Below are positions 54,713-64,000 of a stretch of 64,000 nucleotides of DNA, one piece after another. Under the pieces are notes generated by a model. The model worked only from the letters and a program-made list of their open reading frames with translations, did no database searches and was not told where the DNA came from. The position numbers were made by a program, and so were the translations under genes. Each line of letters begins with the position of its first letter. Within the stretch, counting starts at the first letter, position 1. The stretch is taken from positions 186,001 through 250,000 of the IMG/VR virus record IMGVR_UViG_3300021964_000012. The stretch is one strand, 5' to 3'.

Positions 54713-55468
54713 TTACCTCCAATGTCCCAAAATTAAACTATCATTTACTTCATGAGGTTTTGGATTTCCATGAAAAATTACAATACTTGTTTTGGGATTA
54801 AAAGTACTTGTACCGCCAGGATTCAATGGTTTTCTATATCTAAAATCCATTCCACCTTCTTTGACTTGCCAACGATAACTTACTATTTGATCAGTGCTAT
54901 AGTAACCTACGTCGTCTTTTATCTTGCTGAAAATATAATCTTGATCTCCATGCCATGGACATCTTGGATTGTTTATAATCTGTTTTAAATCAAAGTCTGT
55001 GTATACATAATTGTATTTGAATGGATCAAACCACATTACACTGCTGTTTATTTTCCACCTACTGCTTTTCATTAGATATTGAAAGTCTCTAGCGGCCCAA
55101 AATTTATCTCTACTTACATTCCATAACCAATCCAGATTGCCTGTAATCACAGAATCTAAATCAAAATACAACATCTGTGACCAGTCTGTATTCCAATGTT
55201 TACTGTTGAACAGTTGTATCTTATACCACCAACTACGTTTAGGGCCTCTAACACCTTCCCATTCTTCTAGATCATGACGTATATAGTTTGCTGGCACAAA
55301 CCTGTTGCTTTCAGTAAACACATGCATTCTCACTGTTGGCGTGAGGTTCCGTTCTAAACCACGATAAAGTTTATCAACGTAACTCCAATCATAAAGAGTA
55401 TCATGTATAAGACAAGCACAATCAATTGTGTCGGTTACACTAGTGAGTCTTTTAATCTTTTTAGCCAT
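54713..55468 (-). CDS. GT-A (GT8-like) glycosyltransferase
   Basis: WWYKIQLF, YFDLD, NSSVM, GDQD and IFHGNPKP. Confidence 0.8.
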   Translation of the reverse strand: MAKKIKRLTSVTDTIDCACLIHDTLYDWSYVDKLYRGLERNLTPTVRMHVFTESNRFVPANYIRHDLEEWEGVRGPKRSWWYKIQLFNSKHWNTDWSQMLYFDLDSVITGNLDWLWNVSRDKFWAARDFQYLMKSSRWKINSSVMWFDPFKYNYVYTDFDLKQIINNPRCPWHGDQDYIFSKIKDDVGYYSTDQIVSYRWQVKEGGMDFRYRKPLNPGGTSTFNPKTSIVIFHGNPKPHEVNDSLILGHWR

Positions 55469-56310
55469 AAACCTTCTGCTATTTCATCTACTGTGTATTC
55501 AGTATGACTTATTTCTACTAACCATTGTTTTCTGTCTTTGGTTGGAGGATTTTCTATTTGTTCTAACGCAATACTCATTGGGTAAGCTAGACTTTTCGTG
55601 TCTACCACTACATTAGAACCAGCAATTACTGCATTGATACCAGGACCACTGCAATGATTTATTACACAATGATAGTTGTAATCAATGTTGAATGCATCGT
55701 ATGTGCTTTCTATTTGCATTGGTGTTTCTAGTGTACAATTCTCTATAACTTTGTTCATCAACAACATTTTAAAACGTTGCGTTGGAATAAAAAATGGACA
55801 ACGTGGATGGTATCTTACAACAATATGTCTATCACTGTGTTTTCTTATTCTGTGTATTAGATCAACAGTCCAATCTTCTAAACTGGGCATGCCTTCCCAT
55901 TGCAAACTTTTATTGTGTTGGGCCGCAATGAGTATTTTATCATTGAGTTGATTGTTATGTAAACTAACGCCAAGTTTACGAGGACGGTCAAGATCTAAGT
56001 TTTCAGTATGACCGTAATATCCTTCTGTAGTAATATTGTTGACTGCAATTTTCCAAGTAACTTCACGTTCTAATGCACCTGCATCAATTACCACAACTGG
56101 CTTTCCGAGCGAACGATAGTGTTCATATATCCTTTTGTTCTTGCTCATTCTGCCATTCCATAGTACACTCCATATAACAACAGCATCACAGTCGAGGGAG
56201 TCTTCAACAGGTGTTATACCAGCACCTCGACAGCTGTTTAGAAATGCTTCCATGATTGGTTTGCTATTCAGAGCACACTGAGCAGGATAATATGCTATGT
56301 TATTGATCAA
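55435..56310 (-). CDS. GT-B / capsule-biosynthesis-like protein
   Basis: Similar to the 58114 and 59063 C-terminal domains: LIAAQ, VRYHP, NHCSG..INAVIAG and QW..DE...G. Confidence 0.55.
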   Translation of the reverse strand: MINNIAYYPAQCALNSKPIMEAFLNSCRGAGITPVEDSLDCDAVVIWSVLWNGRMSKNKRIYEHYRSLGKPVVVIDAGALEREVTWKIAVNNITTEGYYGHTENLDLDRPRKLGVSLHNNQLNDKILIAAQHNKSLQWEGMPSLEDWTVDLIHRIRKHSDRHIVVRYHPRCPFFIPTQRFKMLLMNKVIENCTLETPMQIESTYDAFNIDYNYHCVINHCSGPGINAVIAGSNVVVDTKSLAYPMSIALEQIENPPTKDRKQWLVEISHTEYTVDEIAEGLWLKRLKDSLV

Positions 56311-56325
56311 AGGTTAAATACCCAT

Positions 56326-57156
56326 ATGAAACGTTACACAGTAATTACCACTTTTAATGAACAAGGCCGCAAATTATACGGACAAAAAATGGTCAACAGT
56401 TTTCAAAACTTTTGGCCGCGAGAAGTTGATTTAGTTGTCTACACTGAGGGCACAACAGTTCCTACACAAAGCTCAAATGTAAGACTTGTTGATTTGTATG
56501 CCAACAGTAAAGTATACAAGCAGTTTTTAAAAAGACATAAAAACAATCCACAGGCTCAAGGTGGTAAAGGTCCCAACAATGAAGCAAAATATGACGCAAG
56601 GAAAGCATTTAAATGGCAAGGCATAAGATTTTGTCATAAAGTTTTTGCCGTTCATCATGCAGTAAACACAATTGACAGTGACTGGATCATATGGTTAGAC
56701 GGTGATACACTAACTCATACACCAATGGCAATGCAATTCCTTGACAGCGTCAGTCCAGACGAATATCTAGCAACACACCTTGGACGAGGAGAAAGATACC
56801 ACAGTGAATGTGGTTGGGTAGGCTACAATAGAAAACATACGCAAGGCATTGATTTTGTAAACGACTTTGCTGGATTGTATATAAATGATACAATGTTTAA
56901 CTATCCTGAATGGCACGATAGTTTTTTGTTTGATGTAATGCGTAGGGAATATCAAAACAAAGGTGCAAAGTTCTTCAATCTCAATCCTCATCCAGATACC
57001 AAAGGACTTGCTGGACATCCGTTTATAAACAGTGAGCTCGGCAGATATATTGATCACATGAAAGGAAAACGAAAAATAGTTGGATACAGTAAGGCAAACG
57101 AGTACCAAATGCACAACAATATTGACTATGTGAAAAGTATACCACGTGTTAGATAG
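56326..57156 (+). CDS. GT-A glycosyltransferase-like protein
   Basis: VITTF, RFCHKVFA, WLDGD, HDSFLFD and DHMKG. Probably leaderless (TAAATA 5 nt upstream). Confidence 0.65.
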   Translation: MKRYTVITTFNEQGRKLYGQKMVNSFQNFWPREVDLVVYTEGTTVPTQSSNVRLVDLYANSKVYKQFLKRHKNNPQAQGGKGPNNEAKYDARKAFKWQGIRFCHKVFAVHHAVNTIDSDWIIWLDGDTLTHTPMAMQFLDSVSPDEYLATHLGRGERYHSECGWVGYNRKHTQGIDFVNDFAGLYINDTMFNYPEWHDSFLFDVMRREYQNKGAKFFNLNPHPDTKGLAGHPFINSELGRYIDHMKGKRKIVGYSKANEYQMHNNIDYVKSIPRVR

Positions 57157-57475
57157 TTTGATTCTTAGTTTTGCTATCAGTATGCATTTTGGACTATCAA
57201 ACGAAAGTTTCAATAATCTACATCCACATGTACAGTATCAATTGCCAAACAATTATGTTACAGGAATATATCATAACAGTGACCGTAGAGAAAGTATATA
57301 CATTGGTAAAGAAGCCACATACAAAGGCTTAGATATCACATATGGCTTAGTACATGGATATCGACGCATAGATATTGCTCCAATGATAAAAATCAACTAT
57401 GGTAACTGGTTTATTGCACCAGCCGCCACTGAAGATGATATTGGATTAGTATCAGGAATAGAGGTAAAATTCTAA
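57146..57475 (+). CDS. Small outer-membrane beta-barrel-like protein
   Basis: S.H, NNLHP, G.YHNSD.RES.Y.G, GLVHGY and a C-terminal GIEVKF beta-signal. Confidence 0.5.
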   Translation: MLDSLILSFAISMHFGLSNESFNNLHPHVQYQLPNNYVTGIYHNSDRRESIYIGKEATYKGLDITYGLVHGYRRIDIAPMIKINYGNWFIAPAATEDDIGLVSGIEVKF

Positions 57476-58125
57476 TGTATCAAGCTCATGGATGGTGGTT
57501 TGCAGACCAAGACACTCATTTTTCTCATATGATTCAAAAAAATATTAAAAAAGGTGGTCCTGCAGAATACCAAGAACCTGTTAGACAGAAAAGTTTGCAA
57601 TTTGTTAAGGATTTTGGTGTCGCAGTAGATATAGGTGCAAATGTAGGACTTTGGAGTAGAGACCTAGCCGCACGTTTTGCTAGAGTAGTTGCAATTGAAC
57701 CGGTGGTTGAGTTTCAAGAATGTTTGCGTAAGAATGTACCTATGGAAAATATCGAGATATGGCCTATTGCACTAGGTACCGAAGACACAACTATAGATAT
57801 GGTGATAACTGAAGGAAATACTGGACATTCGCATATAAACAAAGACACTATTGGTATGGGAAAGGTAGACATGAAATGCCTAGACAGTCTATGGTTCGAT
57901 CGAATTGATTATATGAAAATCGACTGCGAAGGTTACGAAATGCAAATACTCAAAGGTGGAGAACAAACTCTACGTACACATCAACCAATTGTTGTAGTCG
58001 AACAAAAACTACACAAAGACACCGGAATAACCAAAGACACACAATATGGAGCAGTAAACCTCTTGCTTAGTTGGGGAGCCAAGAAACTAGGGCAGGTACG
58101 TAACGATTGTATACTAGGTTGGTAG
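57475..58125 (+). CDS. FkbM-family methyltransferase
   Basis: VDIGANVG, IEP, ALG and KIDCEGYE...LKG. Confidence 0.92.
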   Translation: MYQAHGWWFADQDTHFSHMIQKNIKKGGPAEYQEPVRQKSLQFVKDFGVAVDIGANVGLWSRDLAARFARVVAIEPVVEFQECLRKNVPMENIEIWPIALGTEDTTIDMVITEGNTGHSHINKDTIGMGKVDMKCLDSLWFDRIDYMKIDCEGYEMQILKGGEQTLRTHQPIVVVEQKLHKDTGITKDTQYGAVNLLLSWGAKKLGQVRNDCILGW

Positions 58126-59157
58126 ATATTTCTCAAAATGTTTGTAAACAAGTCCCATGCGACTTTGATCAATAGTCCAATGTGCTTGTCCTAAATCTTG
58201 TAACCATTGGCTTCTATCTGGCTTTTGTGGGTTCATAATATATTTTAGATCATGATTAGCAACTGCCCACGTAACTGCACTTTCTTCGCTTACGAAAGTT
58301 GGTATTCCTTTTATAACACTTAGCACACTGCTTGAACTATTGTAAAAAACAGCACATCTTGCAGTTTTCATGCTTTGGTGTAATGTAACATTGATACTAT
58401 CAATTAGTTCAACACCTTCTATGGAATTTACCCAACTCCAGTTGTGTTTTGTTTTGGTTCTATCTCTGTTGAGATCTCCTGGATGAGCTCTTACTTTGAT
58501 TAATTCGTTCGTATACTCGCGTATTGTCTTTATTGATTTTTTAAGCCATAATTCTTGATCAAAACCTTTTGCATTCCATCCGTTGTCTCGTTGTAAACAA
58601 ATCAGTATATAATCGCCATTATTACTCCATGGAATTGCCTCTAAACCCAAACTAGACTTAACCATATTCCAGTGTTGATCTGAGCTATTTTTGTTTGCAT
58701 AATTACCTGTGTTCCAAAAAACACTATCTAAGCTATATCTTAACCACATGTTCTCGTGTTGATGGTGGAACTTAAAACAACTGCCGTCGATGCTCATAAC
58801 TTTTGCACCATTGTCACGTTGTTTGTTTATTACAGATTCTCTAAAATATATATGAGGACCACTATAACTCATACCTACCCATCCAAGAATTACTGCTAGT
58901 CGTGTATGATAGAGTTTACGATCTGGCATAGTTTCAGTTACCAAACAACGAGCACCATGTTTGCTTGCACCTTCAGCAAATGCTCTCATTATTTGCACTT
59001 TTATATTGTGATTTTTAATCTTTGGTAGTGTATTTAGATACACTACAACATCATAATCCCATTTAGTCATTTGTTTTGTAGTTACTCTGTAGGATAAGCC
59101 ATGCAGTACCGTTTGCCATTTCATCAGGAGTAAATTGGTTGTATGCAAGGTTGGCAC
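58114..59157 (-). CDS. GT-B / capsule-biosynthesis-like protein
   Basis: ILICLQR, KVRAHPGD, FYNSSSSVLSVIKGIP and PDRSQWL. Confidence 0.55.
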   Translation of the reverse strand: MPTLHTTNLLLMKWQTVLHGLSYRVTTKQMTKWDYDVVVYLNTLPKIKNHNIKVQIMRAFAEGASKHGARCLVTETMPDRKLYHTRLAVILGWVGMSYSGPHIYFRESVINKQRDNGAKVMSIDGSCFKFHHQHENMWLRYSLDSVFWNTGNYANKNSSDQHWNMVKSSLGLEAIPWSNNGDYILICLQRDNGWNAKGFDQELWLKKSIKTIREYTNELIKVRAHPGDLNRDRTKTKHNWSWVNSIEGVELIDSINVTLHQSMKTARCAVFYNSSSSVLSVIKGIPTFVSEESAVTWAVANHDLKYIMNPQKPDRSQWLQDLGQAHWTIDQSRMGLVYKHFEKYLPT

Positions 59158-60745
59158 ATAATCTTTTTACCATTGCAGTTGTTGGCATGAAAGGTTTTTC
59201 AATTTTTGAAAGATCAGTATTTGCCAATGGCGCAGCGGCATTAGGACCCATGGTAAAAACAGGTTTGCCATAAATTAAACTTTCAACTGCGGCAATACTG
59301 TTATAGGTTACCATGCAATGAACATCTCTCGACAAAGCCATTTCCATGGTGTCATCATTGGTACGTATATGCCTACTTTGTTTTTCACGTATAACAATAG
59401 GTCGGTCTGTGTATGTTTTAATTTTTTCAGTGGTTTGCACTATCCATGTTTCAAGATTTATATTCCAGTAGTTGAGAGCTTTTTGACTTGGAGGACAAAG
59501 TAAAATATTAGTTCCAGGAGTGTGTGGCCAAATTTGTATTCCAGTTTTTTTCAATCTGTCAGTAGGGCAATCACGGCGAATAACACTATTATATTGTAAA
59601 TTGTTTTTTGTAATCCGATGATATAATTTGCCTTTACCGTGCCCAAAGTAACCAGTGTCTATATAGTAAAAATCTCTGCCATCTTCGATAGCTTTGTGTA
59701 TAACTTTTCTTTTTGCTATTCCTCTTACCACAATTGGAGTTGTGATAGGAATATCTGGTAACTGCTTGCTTCCAGCAAATACTCCAATTGAACCTTGTAA
59801 AAAACACTCTAGTATACCATCTACTTTTTTAACTTTTGTATCTACCATAACTTCATCCTCAACTAATCCAGCATCAATAATACCAACAACATTAGGCTTC
59901 TCAAACTGACGTGCTAACATTTTCAGTGATTGTGTATAATCTTTATTATAAATTTTGTATGGATCACATAGTGATGTACACAATTCGCTGAATGTTAATT
60001 TGTGTTGTTCTGTTAATTGTAACTGGCTTACTGATCCAGTTTTTTTTGTTGATTCAAGGTATTCGTCTTTATAGGTATTCCATATGTCGGCATATTCGCA
60101 GTTACAATATTGTTCGAACCACGGTCCTCCTTCGGTATAGTGTATGATACTGGGTTTATTTGTTTTGCTTTCTTTGTACCATCCTACTAACCAATTCCAT
60201 TTAGGACTAACACTTCCAATATCTTTATCCAGGAGCCAACTAAATCTGTGCAGATATTTTCCAGTTGTTAGCGGATTGTTTACAAGTTCTTTAGTAACAT
60301 GCTTATTGGCTTTATGACCACAGTTCCATACTACCATAGAACTCCAATTTTTACGTGGATAAGCAGTTTGAACTTGTCCATCCATCTTTATACCTTCTTC
60401 AGGAGTATAATCATGATGTACACAGGTAACTGCTTTAGATTTTTTTACCTGTCGTAAAAGCGTTGCAATATCATCTAGCACCAGCATATCACAATCCATA
60501 AAAATTGCAGTGCCTTTAAATTGATTTAGCTCAGGAATAAGAAATCTTGTAAATGTAAATTCAGTACTAGCTAATTTATCAACGTCGCGGCTATACCAAC
60601 CTCGCATTTTTAGTTCATCTTGTTTGAGAAATACAACGTCAACAGGTATGGTTGCATGCTTCAATATACTATATTTGCAAACTTCTGCCGCTATGGATTC
60701 ACGACTATCCCAACCAATATAAACTGTGACTGAATCTAATTCCAT
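59063..60745 (-). CDS. Fusion of a GT8-like GT-A domain and a capsule-biosynthesis-like GT-B domain
   Basis: YIGWDSRE, STEFTFTRF, FMDCD, YPRKNWSS and HYTEGGPWF; C-domain TYNSIAAVES..GKPV. Confidence 0.8.
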   Translation of the reverse strand: MELDSVTVYIGWDSRESIAAEVCKYSILKHATIPVDVVFLKQDELKMRGWYSRDVDKLASTEFTFTRFLIPELNQFKGTAIFMDCDMLVLDDIATLLRQVKKSKAVTCVHHDYTPEEGIKMDGQVQTAYPRKNWSSMVVWNCGHKANKHVTKELVNNPLTTGKYLHRFSWLLDKDIGSVSPKWNWLVGWYKESKTNKPSIIHYTEGGPWFEQYCNCEYADIWNTYKDEYLESTKKTGSVSQLQLTEQHKLTFSELCTSLCDPYKIYNKDYTQSLKMLARQFEKPNVVGIIDAGLVEDEVMVDTKVKKVDGILECFLQGSIGVFAGSKQLPDIPITTPIVVRGIAKRKVIHKAIEDGRDFYYIDTGYFGHGKGKLYHRITKNNLQYNSVIRRDCPTDRLKKTGIQIWPHTPGTNILLCPPSQKALNYWNINLETWIVQTTEKIKTYTDRPIVIREKQSRHIRTNDDTMEMALSRDVHCMVTYNSIAAVESLIYGKPVFTMGPNAAAPLANTDLSKIEKPFMPTTAMVKRLCANLAYNQFTPDEMANGTAWLILQSNYKTND

Positions 60746-61530
60746 CTTTCAATATCTTCTTCGCTAAGATATACGCCTTTCCATACTTCAATAATATGAG
60801 CAGGATCATTGCTATTGTTTACACCTTTATGCCAAACATTTGAAGGGATGTCAACTGGATTAGGTGGTGAAAGATCTTGGCGTTTTGGATCATCTGGTTC
60901 AGCTCTATTGCTTGTTAGCAAGTGTGCTTCACCGCTTACAAGATTCCATGTTTCACTTCGGTTTTTGTGACGTTGCATACTTAGACTGCTATGAGGGTTA
61001 ATCACAAGTTCTTTTACTGCAAATCCTTCACCCTTGTAAAGTTCTCTATAGTGTCCCCAATCTCTTTCTACTATCGGAGCTTCCCAATCTTTGAGTATCC
61101 AACTGCTTGAATTCTTTTTATCTGTACCACCAACACCAAAAGCAAAACCAACCTTTTTGATACCTGCTTTCTCTTCTAGTGTGGTACCGGGTTTCCTATC
61201 ACCGCCATTTGCAAAAATAATTTCAGCTTCAGGATTGTATTCACGTATGTCTTGTATAAATTTAAGGCAACTATCGTCTGCATCGTAGTCATCATCAAAG
61301 CCTACAACTTTGTCAACCATTAAGAGTTCACTTATAATTGCACCACGTTCTTCGAGTGGCATAAAAAATCTACCTTTTTTACGTTTTAACCAAGCATCAC
61401 TGTTAATACCAACAACCAGTGTGTCGCCGAGAGCTTTAGCGGCTTTAAAATATTCAATGTGACCACTATGTATAGGATCAAATCCTCCAGTAACTAGTAC
61501 TATAGTCTTTTGAGATTCTTCTTCAGCCAT
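60736..61530 (-). CDS. Cytidylyl/adenylyltransferase (HxGH type) fused to a cupin (MPI type II-like)
   Basis: TGGFDPIHSGH, FANGGDR, GVGG.DKKNSSS; RDWGHY, LSMQRH..RSETW and WH. Confidence 0.85.
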   Translation of the reverse strand: MAEEESQKTIVLVTGGFDPIHSGHIEYFKAAKALGDTLVVGINSDAWLKRKKGRFFMPLEERGAIISELLMVDKVVGFDDDYDADDSCLKFIQDIREYNPEAEIIFANGGDRKPGTTLEEKAGIKKVGFAFGVGGTDKKNSSSWILKDWEAPIVERDWGHYRELYKGEGFAVKELVINPHSSLSMQRHKNRSETWNLVSGEAHLLTSNRAEPDDPKRQDLSPPNPVDIPSNVWHKGVNNSNDPAHIIEVWKGVYLSEEDIERWN

Positions 61531-61705
61531 TTTCTACCTCTTTCTTTAGTTCATCTCTACGCATTGTCATCCAACTTATAGCAGTGTGTATATGACCTGT
61601 TGCACTTGGACGGAGATGACTTTGTGCAAACTTAATCTCATCTTCCAGTATAAAAATACGTTCAAGTTTCTGTGTTTTTGTTCTTGTCATTTCAGTGTCT
61701 ATCAT
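61523..61705 (-). CDS. Small hypothetical protein
   Basis: Probable start MIDTEM; GHIHTAISW helix. Confidence 0.5.
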   Translation of the reverse strand: MIDTEMTRTKTQKLERIFILEDEIKFAQSHLRPSATGHIHTAISWMTMRRDELKKEVENG

Positions 61706-61716
61706 TATATACCTAC

Positions 61717-62121
61717 TTAATTGTAACCCTTGTTTCTTTTTACATTCCAAGCAATAGCAGTTTGTAGTCCACCTGGCTTGTTATCGTTTACAACAATACG
61801 TTCACCGTGATGTACTCCAAATATAGCACGGTCATAACGTAGTCCATGACTGTTGATAAACTCTAAAGTTTTTTGTTTAACATCCTCATGTCTGGCAGTC
61901 ATTATTATAATCATATCATCTGCAGGAATCTGTGCCCACATCTCTTTCACTCCAGGCAAAAGTGTATCATTTTCATATGGATGCTGATTAACTTCTGCAA
62001 TGGTACCGTCAATATCAAAAATCCAAGTATGTCCTAGGTTTTTGCTTAGTTCAAACGGAAACACCTCTGCTACCTTACTAGTAGGATAGTTTGCTCTGTC
62101 GTAATCAAAATCTTCTATCAT
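61717..62121 (-). CDS. HAD-superfamily phosphatase
   Basis: FDIDGT, MTAR and NDNKP. Confidence 0.8.
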   Translation of the reverse strand: MIEDFDYDRANYPTSKVAEVFPFELSKNLGHTWIFDIDGTIAEVNQHPYENDTLLPGVKEMWAQIPADDMIIIMTARHEDVKQKTLEFINSHGLRYDRAIFGVHHGERIVVNDNKPGGLQTAIAWNVKRNKGYN

Positions 62122-63638
62122 AATATTTTTTTTATTCCTCTATTAAGCCAAAAAAGTCCATTATAAAAACTGCCAATAATACTGTCAATATCATCTTTGG
62201 CATATCCACTTAGTGAAAGCCATATCAGTCCATGTAGTAAATCTATACTAGGCATATCAGACATCAATTCTTCAAATACGTCTTGAGCAATTCTAGCAGT
62301 ATCTGGTTCACCCATGAGTATTTCGCAAGTGTCATTGTCAATATGCAATTTGAATTTTCGCTGATTGAATGTATCATAGCCACCAACTGCACTGTAGTAT
62401 ACTTTTGCAAAATCGTATAGTGGATCACCGTATATTCCAGGTTTATAAAAACTTCCGCGAGGATCAATAAACCATGCTTTGAGATTCTTATCAATTATGG
62501 TATTGCTAAATGTAGGGTCACCATGTATAGGTGTGAATGTATCTGTTTGAAGAGCTGCATCAATTTTATCCCACCATGTATTGTAGCGAGGATGAAATAA
62601 GTTGTAACATTTTACACCGTTGACTGTGAAACTTTCTCGGTCAAAATTTGGAATAATCTGTTGAACACTCTTTACTCTGTTTTGTGTTTTTGATATATAC
62701 ACGTTTGTAATTGCTTGCTCATTTGCAACTCGCTCACTTCTACTGTGTAAATCATCTAGAGTATAAATGATATCACTTAAAATACTGCGTTGTTCTCTCG
62801 GTGTCAGGTCGTCCAGTTCCCAAATGTGTTTGCCATTGATACGTTGCATGGTAAAAGGATCTGTGCTAACTACGTCGGGTATGCGAATAAATCCAAGGTC
62901 CTGTGCATCTTTGTACCAAATAATTTCATGTTCAATTAAATGTTTATAGTTTGGATCAATTGCTTGTTTCACTACTGTTTTGTCGAGTATATCAACTTGA
63001 TTGAAAAATCTGCTAAGTCCAATTCGACTGTTGTTTTCTTCTATACTGGCGAAATCACCAAGTTCTTCAAGTTCAGTTGCAACCACTGTGTCGTATTCAA
63101 GAATATTCTTACTAAACCATTTCACAAATTCACCACTTGCTGGAGGAATGGTAAACTGTCTGCGTTGAAAAAAGTAGAATATTCCTGGAACTCCAGTTAC
63201 TTCACTAGTGATTTCTTGTAAACCAGTTTCTTGGTAACTCCACCTACAGGTAAAAGCATCTGTAAGATACACAAGAGGTCGATCCGCATGGTCTGGAAAC
63301 GCAGGAAGTTCTTTGATAATAAGATCACTCCACGTAAGAAGTACAGGATCATCTTCAGGTACAAGTTTAAGTGCAATATCAATGCCACTACAAGTTCCTT
63401 TTTGATCTGTTTTAATCAGTTTATACTCGACTTGTGGAGTGTCAACTTGCAAGTAGTTTTCCAATTGGTCATATAGGTAGTCACCAATAATAATAAACCT
63501 TGCAGACGGAAATTTATCAAACAGATGATATAACAACGGTTTACCATGCACACTGACCAAGCACTTGGGTTTGTTCCATGTATGATGTCTTAATCGGCTG
63601 CCTCTGCCGCCAGCTTGTACTATTACTGTTAGTGTCAT
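62118..63638 (-). CDS. NTP-transferase fused to an APH/choline-kinase-like domain
   Basis: QAGGRGSRL..T..KPK (NTP_transferase); HGDPTFSN, IDPRG and YDFAK (kinase). Confidence 0.85.
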   Translation of the reverse strand: MTLTVIVQAGGRGSRLRHHTWNKPKCLVSVHGKPLLYHLFDKFPSARFIIIGDYLYDQLENYLQVDTPQVEYKLIKTDQKGTCSGIDIALKLVPEDDPVLLTWSDLIIKELPAFPDHADRPLVYLTDAFTCRWSYQETGLQEITSEVTGVPGIFYFFQRRQFTIPPASGEFVKWFSKNILEYDTVVATELEELGDFASIEENNSRIGLSRFFNQVDILDKTVVKQAIDPNYKHLIEHEIIWYKDAQDLGFIRIPDVVSTDPFTMQRINGKHIWELDDLTPREQRSILSDIIYTLDDLHSRSERVANEQAITNVYISKTQNRVKSVQQIIPNFDRESFTVNGVKCYNLFHPRYNTWWDKIDAALQTDTFTPIHGDPTFSNTIIDKNLKAWFIDPRGSFYKPGIYGDPLYDFAKVYYSAVGGYDTFNQRKFKLHIDNDTCEILMGEPDTARIAQDVFEELMSDMPSIDLLHGLIWLSLSGYAKDDIDSIIGSFYNGLFWLNRGIKKIL

Positions 63639-64000
63639 AGTTGAACAATTCTATCTGGTAATGGTATATCCCATAGCTTTCTTTTACGCCAGTAGTATAA
63701 GCCATTTGGCATAGCAGGATAATTGTTATACACGTGTTGAAAACTAAGATCACTAAACACAAAACTCTCCAGTTTCCATTTGCGTCTTGCTCTCATACAG
63801 TGAAACACACTGTCAATATTACGTGCAAAAAGATATTGTTCCATTTCATCTGATGTAACTTCTACAAGTTCACGCCAGTTAAGATTGGCTCTAAATAATG
63901 CTACTCCAAAGGTCCATGCATCACATGGTTTGCTATCACCTTTACGTACTTGAGTGCTATAAAAATCTAAACTAAAACCATCTAGATTGTTCTCAACCAA
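63635..64000 (-). CDS. Partial hypothetical protein (5' end outside the window)
   Basis: Open frame to the window edge; coupled to the 62118-63638 start. Confidence 0.5.
   Translation of the reverse strand: MVENNLDGFSLDFYSTQVRKGDSKPCDAWTFGVALFRANLNWRELVEVTSDEMEQYLFARNIDSVFHCMRARRKWKLESFVFSDLSFQHVYNNYPAMPNGLYYWRKRKLWDIPLPDRIVQL

Noticed and set aside
109-63476. Numerous short ORFs in the track antisense to, or nested in, long genes (e.g. 109-330, 3103-3450, 20189-20545, 30163-30597, 50808-51239)
   Set aside because: Shadow frames of well-supported genes, without RBS or recognisable motifs.
1-64000. tRNA, rRNA, tmRNA, reverse transcriptase/DGR, integrase or transposase
   Set aside because: No T-loop/cloverleaf, YxDD RT, TR/VR pair or recombinase motifs were seen by eye. 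A tRNAscan-SE/Aragorn/Infernal run is needed to exclude them formally.

Overview
AT-rich, gene-dense fragment of a large lytic tailed dsDNA phage, with most genes on the minus strand. A PAAR spike and T4-like TAAATA late promoters point to a contractile-tailed, T4-like or jumbo type. No capsid, terminase, tRNA, rRNA or CRISPR array is visible in the window. The porin, ROSE-type Hsp20 leader, glnA-type riboswitch and DUF2061 suggest a marine Gram-negative, probably alphaproteobacterial, host (inference). Modules in order: (1) glycan genes (ugd, sulfotransferase), 1-2.7 kb. (2) A late six-gene exported pilin/chaperone-like operon with no usher, 3.1-6.4 kb. (3) Outer-membrane and proteostasis genes (porin, FG-GAP autotransporter-like lipoprotein, ClpS, Hsp20, ClpX), 7.5-15 kb. 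(4) Ligase, PAAR, amidinotransferase and NrdAB-glutaredoxin, 17-27 kb. (5) Putative internal head proteins rich in [ILV]-x-E sites, including a Pol-beta-NTase/RNA-ligase fusion, 30-40 kb. (6) A replication block with two truncated DnaE-like proteins, helicase, primase and a UvsW-like helicase, 40-53 kb. (7) A glycosylation and nucleotide-sugar cluster, 54.7-64 kb. The non-coding DNA holds a glutamine (glnA-class) riboswitch, a tandem ROSE-like thermometer, a 3'-UTR hairpin whose loop is antisense to several phage leaders, and two amber-terminated minigene/sRNA elements. All calls come from motif reading without database searches. Several start codons were moved from the ORF track where RBS or promoter evidence favoured a downstream ATG.
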